From the NCBI GenBank assembly GCA_965644295.1, contig CBFFRP010000263.1, positions 434,001 through 498,000 of the forward strand: 64,000 nucleotides of DNA, read 5' to 3'. The DNA comes from Paraphysomonas bandaiensis. Taxonomy: Eukaryota > Protista > Chrysophyceae. The position numbers were made by a program, and so were the translations under genes. This document shows positions 43,622 to 54,200 of the stretch, piece after piece (the first letter of the stretch is position 1; each line of letters begins with the position of its first letter). Below the pieces are notes generated by a model. The model worked only from the letters and a program-made list of their open reading frames with translations, searched no databases and was not told the origin of the DNA.

Positions 43622-44430
43622 CAGGGATAGGGAGCAATATATTGTAACAATATATTGCAATGTATTGTAAAATATATTGATTGGTGGACTTGTCAAATAT
43701 TCCATCAATATTGTTTCTGTTAAAAGAGCTCACAATACTATTGCAATATATTGCAATGAATATTATGATAGGCATATAAGAGAAGATTCTCAACTGTATG
43801 GTGCAAAATATACGCCTATGTATTCAAATATCCGGAAAATACAGAGGGAGGATGATGAAGCTGAAGTTGGCTATATGCGGAAAAAATTCTTCAATCAGCT
43901 CAAAATCTTAAGAAACGGAAAGCTGAAATATCTAAGTACAGGTGCACGAGTCATGTAGTATGTACTTCCAATTTCCAATACATGTGAACGCCTGTTCAGC
44001 GCAGCAAAACTGATTATATCAGTGTTACGCAATCGTATGCATCATACTACACTTAACATGCTGTTGTTTCTGAAAGCTAAGCGACAGTTGTGGCCGGATG
44101 CAAGCATATTTCAATCAATATTAAATGAGTATGGTGATGATGTCACCGATGATGGCTCAGAGGATGAGTAGGAGGAAACTTTTAATTAGTTAAGAGTAGT
44201 GGGTTTGATTATCAAGTGACCTTAGACCTTATAATGGCAAGTACTAAAAATGGAAACTACGGATGTGTTTACTTACTGATTACTCATATACTAATAATAT
44301 ATTGCAATATATTGTACAATGTATTGCAATATATTGAAATAGTATTGTAGGGCCGGTTTAAAAATCCATCAATACTATTGATGGAACGCTATCTAACAAT
44401 AGTATTGCAATATATTGTTCCCTATCCCTG
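43622..44430 (+). mobile_element. Non-autonomous hAT transposon (second copy), nested in a short dispersed element
   Basis: Same TIRs as 24089-24856; 8-bp TSD AGACAAAC (43614-43621, 44431-44438). Confidence 0.95.
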
Positions 44431-44502
44431 AGACAAACTAGTTAGACCTCTACCTGTAACTAATCAGTACACACTTTTTTTATCCTACTATTTAACGCTA
44501 CC

Positions 44503-46790
44503 GAAGCTGCTTGTGCGTCGCCGCAAGCACCAAGGTGCGACCACTTCCGCTCTGAGTTCTTAAGGTGAACATCCCGGATGCTTGACTTCAGCAGGCAGCC
44601 CAATACCCCGGTTACCCTTCAGGTGGGCCCTGTCCCGGATGCCCTTGAGGTGGACCCATTCCCGGATGCCTGTTTATTCGTCAGGGCCCAAAGACGTCTA
44701 CACAAGTGACACTTATTGGTGTCCCTTGTACCACACAAGCATTCGGCTATGAGTGGGCAGAAGAATATCTGCTGACTATATGTTTGCGGCTCACGTTAGT
44801 TTCCCAGAGAAATAACTCCGGTAATTATCCCCCAGAACACCACGAAAAGGTGCGAGTCCGATTTTGTTGAGGGCCTTAAGGACATAAAGCGAGAATGATA
44901 GCAATTTGATGCTCTTGCAATGACGCGCAAGCAGTTTTCGTAGAGTAAAATAGTAGGATATTATCAGAGTTAAGCACTAGTTAGTTAAATTGTTTTGCAA
45001 CAATAGTTCTGACTCTTACTCGCCTATTGCAAATAATCAGATATTCACTACTGTGTAGACATCTTTGGGCCCTGACGAATAAGCCGGCATCCGAGGTATT
45101 GGGCTGCCTACTATTTAGCGCTACAAAAACTATCTGTGCATCACCATAAGCACCAAGGTGCAACCATTCTCGCACTATCACTCAAAACAAACGCAGTGAG
45201 CAAGCAGAATATTGATGAGATAATACCTGGCATCTGCTGACTTTCAGGATTTTTTAGTCCTGAAGGCGAACAGCCCGGATGTTCGACTTCAGCAATTAGC
45301 CCAATACCCTGGATGCCTGTTTATTCGTCAGGCCTCAAAGAAGTCTACACAAGTAACACTAATTAGTGCCCCTTATTCCGCACAAGCATATGACTATGAG
45401 TAGGCACAACGTTACCTCTGCTACTAACATACGTCAATTAAGTTTTAGTTTCCCGGAGAAATATCTGCGGTACTTATCCCCCAGAACAATTACGAATACT
45501 AGATACAACCGTTCTCATGGAATAATCAGATATTCACTACCCCCCAGAACACCACGAAAAGGTGCAAGTCCGACTTTGTTGTGGTTGGCATCATCACATT
45601 TATATGCAACACGCTTAATAAGCTCCAGGTCGTCCACCTGATTGAAATGATGTGTATGTGTGTATGATATGAGGCATGAAATTCTAATAAGCACGATGTG
45701 ACCCAAATTCTGCAAGAATTGGGCGCCAATGCACTAAATTGCTTTCAGAAAATTGTAGTTGCACGAGGTACTTGTCGTTGTTGGCATCGTCATCCTGCTT
45801 ATGAAGATAGATCACCTTCACTGGCATCATTCTGATCTTTTACAGAAGACGAAGGATAGAATATTACTTGGAGTGTTTGATGATCTGCTTTTGTTAGTTA
45901 TAGCTCATCATTTTGGTTTCCATATTAATATGTAATTAAACTAAATCCCATACATATGGCTGTCTATATTATTATATTTAAGATAGAAGTAAATTAGTGT
46001 TGAACTGAATATTGAAGTTAAAGTAGATGTTCCCTGATTAACATTAAAAATATAAAAGATAGTATTGTTTCAAATCAATGGTATGTATACTGTATATTTA
46101 GGGAATAGTAATTGCACTTGATCAATTCAAAACAATTAACTCCCAAATTTCTATAATAGTTACAACAAAATACTCCTACCACTGCGGGAATAGAAACTGT
46201 GAGGTGTTGAAATTCGTACATAAGTGTGATGATGGATGCAAAGAATTATAATTGCCTAATTAAACAGCGTCATAATCGTTATATTCAACACGTCTAGTCT
46301 CTGCTAGTGCACCTAATTTAATAGTCTATAGATGTAAAACTAGTTTCTGAACACAACCGTTCTCATGTAATAATCAGATATTCTTAATAAGTGCACCTAA
46401 TTTGAATGCTGTGCGTATGATATGTGGCACACAATTCTGATAAGCATGACGTTATGACGTTACCCAATCCCTAAAAGAACTGAGTGTCACTGCCTCTAAC
46501 CCCTAACCACCTATACAGCATCAGATATGGCACTTAAACGCTCCTGTAATATTCTTGAAGTTGTTTCGAAGTTCAGCTTATGAAGATAGGTCTTTTTTCA
46601 CTGACATCATAATGATCTTCAACATTAGACGAATAATGGAAGATGACTCGGAGTGTGTGATACCTGATGTTGGTTCATTAGTGTGGTTTCTCTATAATTG
46701 TTTAATATATTGAAATCACATACATATGACTATCAATATCATAATTAGGATAGAAGTGAGTTTCTTTTGAACCGAATACTGAAGTTTAAT
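44503..46790 (-). pseudogene. Array of decayed copies of an intron-containing Cys-rich gene or TE; related segments at about 54893-54935 and 59878-60295
   Basis: Recurrent blocks gcaccaaggtgc, cccggatg, ttattcgtcagggcccaaagacgtctacacaagtg, accacgaaaaggtgc. Minus-strand translations such as KIGLAPFRGVLGD and ECLCGTRDTNKCHLCRRLW are interrupted by stops. Confidence 0.5.
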
Positions 46791-46842
46791 GTCTAGGATA
46801 GAAGTGAGTTTCTTTTGAACCGAATACTGAAGTTTAATGTCT
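46747..46842. repeat. Tandem duplication of about 47 bp
   Basis: taggatagaagtgagtttcttttgaaccgaatactgaagtttaatgtc x2. Confidence 0.85.
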
Positions 46843-47153
46843 ATATTCGCTCGGTGCTAAGAATATGAGTGCTCTGAGACAAAATGGGGATAAGAATATA
46901 TCTATCGCTATCAAATAACCAGGTGTATTATTAAAATAGTATAATTTTATGTTGTAGTAATAATTTAACGGTATACAGATCACAACTGTCATTTTGATAT
47001 TCTCCGTTGCAAAACTGTGAAATTAATCTTCTTTGTATGGCATCGGAGATTGAAGACACAAAATCAGGCCACAGTACCATAGCTTCAACATACAGTTTAA
47101 AGATCACCCTATTATCCTTTTTTCAAATCTGGAGAATGATACCAATAAGCTTC

Positions 47154-48458
47154 TTACTCGATTGATACAATCTAACATCGTCGAATTAATCACATTTAAA
47201 AAGTGCATGAGACATCATACCTGCAGTGGTGGCTCGCCGAGAAACACAACTGCACCATTCAAGTATGCTAATACATTATCTCGCATATGTCGTGGCCCAT
47301 ACATATCCACCCTACCAGTACCACGACATGTGAAACCATTTGCTTGAACGGAAGAATCTAGAACCACCCCAGATACGAATCCAAACGGAGAAAAAATGTC
47401 GTATATATGTACCACTGTGGTATAGTAGGGCAAGCTCCATAGACGAAACACATAAACTCTCAAAGTGTTCGAAGGATAACTAGCACCTGGATGGGGGTGA
47501 GCGAATCGACTCATCTGCGGCAGTGCCGCAGCGCTTGGAGTCGTCGGAAACGGATGTGGTGTGGTAAATGTCGGAGGATGTTGGAGGACAAGCATAGGGT
47601 CTCCTGGCATGGTTATGCCCGCACTACCTGCGCTGATGTTGCTGCTAGTGTGGGAGATAACACCATTGCCAGTGACAAGGTCCGGGCTAGGGGAGCACTC
47701 CGACTCGTCGTCACTTACAGTTGAAAGCAAACTCTCGCTGTGGGACAGAAGCTTTGCGGGCTCCGCAAACCTCACTTGCAGTGGCAAGCACCCACCTTCG
47801 GGGATAGTGAAGTTCAGTTTTGTTACTGCTGCATCACATTCTTCGACAGTGTTATATATGACAAATGCTTTACCCTTACTGCGGCTGCTGTCAGCATGCA
47901 TCAGTAATCTGCACTCCATGATTTCGCCAAACTATACATTATTTTCATGATCAGAAGATTATATACATAATTAACGCGAAAATATACCGGGGCAAACATG
48001 TTGTACACATCGGATTCCGAATACGAAAATGGTAAATTCGAAGCAAATAACTTGCAATGTGGTGAATTGGGGTCTTTCTGAGGCCGTGCAACTGCGACTT
48101 TGAGCTTTTTGTTGCTTATTTCCAATCCATTCTTAGCCTTTATTGCGCTAGCTGCGTCCTCTGGATTAGCAAACTCGACAAATCCATATGCTCGACTTCG
48201 TCCTGTTCCTTTTTCACGCACAACTTTAGCGCGGCATACCTCTCCATGTTCGGCAAATAAATTCTATATACAAGATACATATTACCAGCACACTCCTCAT
48301 AATACATACATATCTATACATACATATCTATACATACATATCTATACATACATATCTATACATACATATCTATACACACATATACATACCTTCAATTGGG
48401 TACTATCCAATTCAGCTGGTAAATAGTTTACAATAAGATTACACTCGTTAGCACTCAT
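47154..48458 (-). CDS. ELAV/Sex-lethal-like RRM RNA-binding protein, multi-exon
   Basis: NLIVNYLP (RNP2), RAYGFVEF (RNP1), KKLKVAVARP, KLFASNLP, KGKAFVIY, LQVRFAEP; third degenerate RRM. Confidence 0.85.
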
Positions 48459-49346
48459 ATTAGTTGTTATAATCTCTAAGTATATCAAGTATATCAAGGT
48501 CGTATCTACTGACAGTTCATCATATAATATAAACTACATCTATATATTCATTATAAGAGATAGAGAGTTATTAATAGAGGAAAGAATCACAGGAGACTGT
48601 GTTTATATAGATATTATATTGTTATATGATGATTCATTGTGTTATTGATATGTATGGATTATGTATGTATAGAGGTGAGATATATATATATATATATGTA
48701 TGTATGTACTGCTGTATGTATGTATGTATGTATGTGTATGGTAATGTAGGTATACATATCTGTATATCTCTCTATATAGTGGTATACTGAGAGGGGTATG
48801 GATCATATCTTTATCTACTGTCTATATACGTATGTATGTACAGCAGTATGAGTACGCACATATGATAACTTCCGTTAATAACCAACTCCGTTATATATAA
48901 TACAGCACCAGCAGCAGGTGAAATGACGATGTTTCCCCTATACTTCAATATGGACATGACATCGACATGCCTGCTGTACATCGAACATTCTATTGGTAAC
49001 AATCTCAAAAACCGAAAGATATACCCGAATATCGCATTATTGTTTCGAAAATCCCTATTTTTTAAATGCGATACCAAAAGGGGCCTAATAAACTGTAAAT
49101 TTGCGAGAAACCCATAGTTTTCAGTAGTTTCTTTGTCTATTAGTACAGTTTCTGCATATCAACAGAGCCTCTCTGCTGCTACTATGATTGCAACCGTACA
49201 AGCAAGTGCAGAAAATGATAGGAATCATATGATAATATAATCTACAATGAAAGATAATATTATCATAAGTAACCATAGTCAAGGGTTGAACCACTGGGAA
49301 CTGCATTTTCCCCCAGTATTATTTCTTTATTTGCATTATATTTGCA

Positions 49347-50747
49347 ATGACGGATTCTAGTGGAGAGAAGTCTCTTCAGGTTGATTTTAACGATCAGCTG
49401 AGGAGCAAAGAGCTCTTTGAGATGGCCAAAACGTATGCTTTTGACTATATGGATACTCTAGATGAGTGGCCGGTGTTTCCATCCGATGATTCTATTCAGA
49501 GATTAGAAGAATTTTCTGAGAAAATGCCAGAGACTCGCCAGTCTAGCAAAGAGGTGCTGCATATGTTGCAACGGTTGGGCTCACCTGCATGTGTTCGACA
49601 AACTGGCGGTCGCTACTTTGGATTCGTGAATGGAAATATTTTGCCAGTGGCTGCAGCATCTCGTTGGTTGGTAGATGTTTGGGATCAGAATACTGCTTTG
49701 TATGCAATGTCCCCTGTGGCATCCAAATTAGAAGAAGTGACTGAGTCGTGGATATCTAATTTGCTCGGTTTACCAGAATCTACAGCCATGGGATTAGTGG
49801 GCGGCTCCTCTGTGGCGACGTTGTGTGCACTGGCAGCTGCCAGGAACTCCCTCTTAGCGAAAAAGGGTTGGAATGTCTCTTCGGACGGTCTCTTTGGCGC
49901 CCCTCCTCTACGGGTTGTTGTGAGTGAACAGGCCCACAGTTCAGTCTTCAAAGCCCTCTCGCTGGTTGGCTTGGGTCGAAACAGAGTAGAGCTGGTCCCG
50001 GCAGATTCCCAAGGAAGAATAGATCTAAATTCTTTACCACCGTTGGATTCTTCTACGTTGGTGATTCTCCAAGCCGGACACGTATGTACTGGATCGTTCG
50101 ACCCCTTCGATAGTATATGTGATCAGGCTGCGGCAGCAGGGGCATGGGTACACATTGATGGAGCATTTGGATTGTGGGCAGCAGCTTCACCACGTTTCTG
50201 TGATATCACCAAGGGCTTAGAAAGAGCTGATTCGTGGTGTGGTGATGCTCACAAAACTCTGAATGCCCCATATGATTGTGGTATCGTACTATGCAAGCAC
50301 CGAGAAGCCCTCAAAGAAGCTATGGCTGCCAGTGGGTCTTATCTGCAGGAATCCAATAGCCATCGTGATTCAATGTTTTACACGCCGGACATGTCACGTC
50401 GTGCTCGATCTGTCGACTTATGGGTGTGCCTCAGGACGCTCGGTCGTTCTGGGGTGGTGGAGTTGGTTGATGGACTTGTTGACCGGGCACAGGAATTTGC
50501 TGTTCTACTTCGGGATGCTGGATTTTTAGTTCTCAATGATGTAGTGTTCAACCAATGTCTTGTACGATGTGAAACATGTCACCAGACATCTCTCACTCTT
50601 GAGAGGCTCCAGCAATCAGGTAAAATGTGGTGTGGCGGCACAAAGTGGAATGGCAAGGTTGCAATACGCATAAGTTGTTGCTCGTGGGCCACCACTGCTC
50701 AGGATGTACGAGAATGTGTTGACATATTTATTTCCACCAAAATGTGA
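49347..50747 (+). CDS. Group II PLP-dependent amino acid decarboxylase (bacterial-type), intronless
   Basis: GGRYFGFVNG, AHSSVFKA, WVHIDGAFG, DAHKTLNAPYDCG (PLP lysine), AIRISCCSWATT. Confidence 0.92.
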   Translation: MTDSSGEKSLQVDFNDQLRSKELFEMAKTYAFDYMDTLDEWPVFPSDDSIQRLEEFSEKMPETRQSSKEVLHMLQRLGSPACVRQTGGRYFGFVNGNILPVAAASRWLVDVWDQNTALYAMSPVASKLEEVTESWISNLLGLPESTAMGLVGGSSVATLCALAAARNSLLAKKGWNVSSDGLFGAPPLRVVVSEQAHSSVFKALSLVGLGRNRVELVPADSQGRIDLNSLPPLDSSTLVILQAGHVCTGSFDPFDSICDQAAAAGAWVHIDGAFGLWAAASPRFCDITKGLERADSWCGDAHKTLNAPYDCGIVLCKHREALKEAMAASGSYLQESNSHRDSMFYTPDMSRRARSVDLWVCLRTLGRSGVVELVDGLVDRAQEFAVLLRDAGFLVLNDVVFNQCLVRCETCHQTSLTLERLQQSGKMWCGGTKWNGKVAIRISCCSWATTAQDVRECVDIFISTKM

Positions 50748-50959
50748 TGGAGTTTTTATTTTCAGTAAAAATGATCTGCATTGCATGTGACGAATTTGAA
50801 TATCGTACTGTAATTATAGACTCAGATCAACTAACCTGACGCATTGCGTAATCACTGATCGGTGTAATTCAATCTATGTAAACACGTTCAGTAAATAAAC
50901 TTATATGCGTCAGAAACAACCACTGATACATTGTTCTGCGGTGCGTAGTTACTGCAATG

Positions 50960-51086
50960 CAGGCTTGCGTAACAATTAATTGGTTTTCAATTTATTGGCA
51001 ATAATTGCCAATTATTTGATGTTTGGTTAATAATTGCAACTATTATTGTTGGATACTTGTCACCAATTAATCGTTACCCAAGCCTC
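50960..51086. mobile_element. About 125-bp MITE-like element
   Basis: Imperfect TIRs AGGCTTGCGTAACAATTAATTGG / CCAATTAATCGTTACCCAAGCCT; no clear TSD. Confidence 0.6.
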
Positions 51087-51173
51087 CTTATATATATCGC
51101 ACGCTTCAACTATCCCTCCTCAAGTCGGACTGGAGTGGGAACTATTCATACGTGACGAGACAATATTCCTCAC

Positions 51174-51455
51174 TGCTCCATTCTGAGCGCGTACTTAGGT
51201 AGAGCCGGGTGGGGTCGGGTGCCTAACTAATACTTGATTAAGTCCCATATGTTATTTGCTAGCTACCTACTGAAACCAACTAGCTACATCATTATCACAC
51301 GTTTTTTAGCGCTGAATATGCAGTGAGATAATGGGGCAGTGGGGAAGCGCTGAACTAAGCAATGTGTACATAGGTAGAGGTGCGCGGTCGCAACACTCAG
51401 CCGCACCCACTAGATGGTCAAACGGGATGATTAGTTACGCTGTCAATATGGGGCA
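51174..51455 (+). repeat. 5' LTR (282 bp)
   Basis: TGCTCCAT...ATGGGGCA, direct repeat of 56299-56579. Confidence 0.9.
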
Positions 51456-52148
51456 CGGCCCAGCAATACTATTGCAATAGATTAGAATCTTTAATCTGGT
51501 AATCAGTAACTGAACATATCAGTAGATTCCATTATTAGTACTAGTCATTAAGGTCACATACATGTATGCATCGAATATGATATGTTACTATATATTGTCT
51601 ACATTCGATGCATGTGAAACACTTCCTTTCACGGGGGGGGGAGGTTATGAGGAGAAAACCTCACATAGTTTCACATATGCAGGCCATACATATATACAGA
51701 CAACTTTAAGACTTATATATCTGAGATCTTTAGCATGTCCATGTGCTGTCCATGTGCTGTCCATGAGTCTGCAAAGGATCGACACACACAGCAGCATACA
51801 GAGTACAAGATTTCATACAGCAATATCAACTAAAAAATGCAACAAGCCTGTATAAAAACTACATTTTATAGTTAGCGAAAGATCAAAACACAGAAAATGC
51901 ATGATTTTTTTAGCCACATGTTACATACTCTGTATGTGTATGTTTCGTACCTTCGTACCGTTTATGAGTATGTAGCATCCTACATACATACATACATACT
52001 GCTGCATATTATTGTACATTGTACCCACATACAGCAGTATGTATGCATCAGTACGTCGTAGTATGGAGTTTGCTCAAGTCTATAGACATGAACTCATCTC
52101 ACTATCATCTGCTGCCTGTATTGCCACTCTATCAGCCTCATATCAACT

Positions 52149-53828
52149 ATGAATCAGTGTTCATATATGTCGCATATATCTGCTCTTAATGATGATGTTC
52201 TTCGTATCATCATCTCTATGATCCCACACACGGCTGTCCTTCCAGTGATCATGACTTGCAAGAGATTTCACGATATAGTATACACTGATAAGAGGAGAGT
52301 ACAGTCACATGCATCTCACTATTGTATGACCAACTCAATGGTCTCATGGGCTCTGTCTATGGGCTGCCCACACACCCAACTATCATATAGCTGCGCACTA
52401 TACGGCAGACTACAGCAGCTCATACATCTCAAACATACCCTCCTTCACAATAATACAACCTCACAAGAACCACATCACCAATCAGATACACAGAATGCTA
52501 TTGCTATACAGGTCCCTTCATGTTTATGGGGTGAAGATACTTGCGAAGCTGCTGCAAGAGGTGGACACTTGGATATTCTAAAGTGGCTTCGTTCACAGGA
52601 CCCTCCATGTGCATGGGGTGAAGATACTTGCAGTGCTGCTGCAATAGGTGGACACTTGGATGTTCTGAAGTGGCTTCGTTCACAGGATCCTCCATGTCCA
52701 TGGAAATCACGGACTTGCAGTGCCGCTGCAGAGGGTGGACACTTGGATGTTCTGGAGTGGCTTCATTCACAGAACCCTCCATGTCCATGGGATGAATGGA
52801 CTTGCGCTGCTGCTGCAGAGGGTGGGCACTTGGATATTCTGATATGGCTTCGTTCACAGGACCCTCCATGTCTATGGGATGAATGGACTTGCCATTTTGC
52901 TGCAGAGAGTGGACACTTGGATATTCTGAGATGGCTTCGTTCACAGGACCCTCCGTGTCCATGGGATGTATTGACTTGTCATGCTGCTGCAGAGGGTGGA
53001 CACTTGGATGTTCTGAAGTGGGTTCATTCACAGGATCCTCCATGTCCAACATGGGATGACTGGACTTTCGCTACTGCTGCTAGATGTGGTCACTTGGATA
53101 TTCTGATATGGTTTTGTTCACAGGACCCTCAATGTCCATGGGATGAATTGACTTGCGCTGCTGCTGCAGAAGGTGGCCGCTTGAATGTTCTGAAGTGGCT
53201 TCGTTCACAGGATCCTCCATGTCCATGGAATTCGCACACTTGCAGTGCCGCTGCAGAGGGTGGACACTTGGATGTTCTGGAGTGGCTTCATTCACAGGAC
53301 CCTCCATGTCCATGGAATTCAGACACTTGTAGAGCAGCTGCAGCTGGAGGACATATGAATGTTCTGGATTGGCTTCGTTCACAGGACTCCCCATGTCCAT
53401 GGGGTGAAGATATTTGCAGTGCTGCTGCAGAGGGTGGACACTTGGATGTTTTGAAGTGGCTTCGTTCACAAGATCCTCCGTGTCCATGGGATGAAAATAC
53501 TTGCAGTGCTGCTGCTAGACGTGGACAATTGGATGTTCTGAAGTGGCTTCGTTCACAGGACCCTACATGTCCATGGGGTGAAGATACTTGCAGTGCTGCG
53601 GCAAGTGGTGGACACTTGGATGTTCTAAGGTGGCTTCGTTCACAGGACCCTACATGTCCATGGGGTGAAGATACTTGCAGAGCTGCGGCAAGTGGTGGAC
53701 ACTTGGATGTTCTGAAGTGGCTTCGTTCACAGGACCCTCCGTGTCCATGGGATGAATGGACTTGCGCTGCTGCTGCAGAGGGTGGGCACTTGGGTATTGT
53801 GAGGTGGACTGGAAGGTTTATGGTCTAG
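52149..53828 (+). CDS. F-box-like + ankyrin-repeat protein (15 x 29-aa repeats), intronless
   Basis: N-terminal ISALNDDVLRIIISMI..VIMTCKRFHDI (F-box-like); 87-bp repeat encoding PCPWxxxTCxAAAxGGHLDVLKWLRSQDP. Confidence 0.92.
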   Translation: MNQCSYMSHISALNDDVLRIIISMIPHTAVLPVIMTCKRFHDIVYTDKRRVQSHASHYCMTNSMVSWALSMGCPHTQLSYSCALYGRLQQLIHLKHTLLHNNTTSQEPHHQSDTQNAIAIQVPSCLWGEDTCEAAARGGHLDILKWLRSQDPPCAWGEDTCSAAAIGGHLDVLKWLRSQDPPCPWKSRTCSAAAEGGHLDVLEWLHSQNPPCPWDEWTCAAAAEGGHLDILIWLRSQDPPCLWDEWTCHFAAESGHLDILRWLRSQDPPCPWDVLTCHAAAEGGHLDVLKWVHSQDPPCPTWDDWTFATAARCGHLDILIWFCSQDPQCPWDELTCAAAAEGGRLNVLKWLRSQDPPCPWNSHTCSAAAEGGHLDVLEWLHSQDPPCPWNSDTCRAAAAGGHMNVLDWLRSQDSPCPWGEDICSAAAEGGHLDVLKWLRSQDPPCPWDENTCSAAARRGQLDVLKWLRSQDPTCPWGEDTCSAAASGGHLDVLRWLRSQDPTCPWGEDTCRAAASGGHLDVLKWLRSQDPPCPWDEWTCAAAAEGGHLGIVRWTGRFMV

Positions 53829-54128
53829 TTTTCAGGAGGTGTCCGATATTCTATGTGGACAAGAATTAGTAACAATCTCATGGTTATCTTGTATAGTATT
53901 ACATTGCAATATACAGAAATATTTGTAAAAAAGTAACAGAAGTTTATTGAATTTCCAAGAGTGTTTTCAAAAATTGGCTACAAAAAAACTATGCTTGCCT
54001 ATACTTAAGATAGTAGCCTACTTCAGACATTATCCGTCACTATCCTATATTTAGTAATTTGCACCGCTGTCGAACGTTCGTGAACGTATTTCTCAATGTT
54101 GTAATACCTGAACATGCTACGACCGACC

Positions 54129-54200
54129 CAGGGATGGGCAACAATATATTGCAATATTGTAAGATAGCGTTCCATCAATAATATTAATGGAGTTTTTTAA
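54129..54200 (-). mobile_element. Truncated end of a related hAT element
   Basis: CAGGGATGGGCAACAATATATTGCAATA..AGATAGCGTTCCATCAATA matches the reverse complement of the right end of the 43622-44430 element. Confidence 0.7.

Noticed and set aside
44670-44700. Hammerhead ribozyme (CTGACGA on the minus strand; also near 45072)
   Set aside because: No stem II or GAAA core follows. The sequence is better explained as decayed coding sequence.
45040-45055. CACTA transposon terminus (…ATTCACTA)
   Set aside because: Wrong orientation relative to the conserved sequence, no matching TAGTG TIR, and observed TSDs are 11-12 bp rather than 2-3 bp.
52504-53487. Antisense repeat ORFs (EHPSVHPLQQ...)
   Set aside because: Shadow frames of the 87-bp ankyrin repeat.
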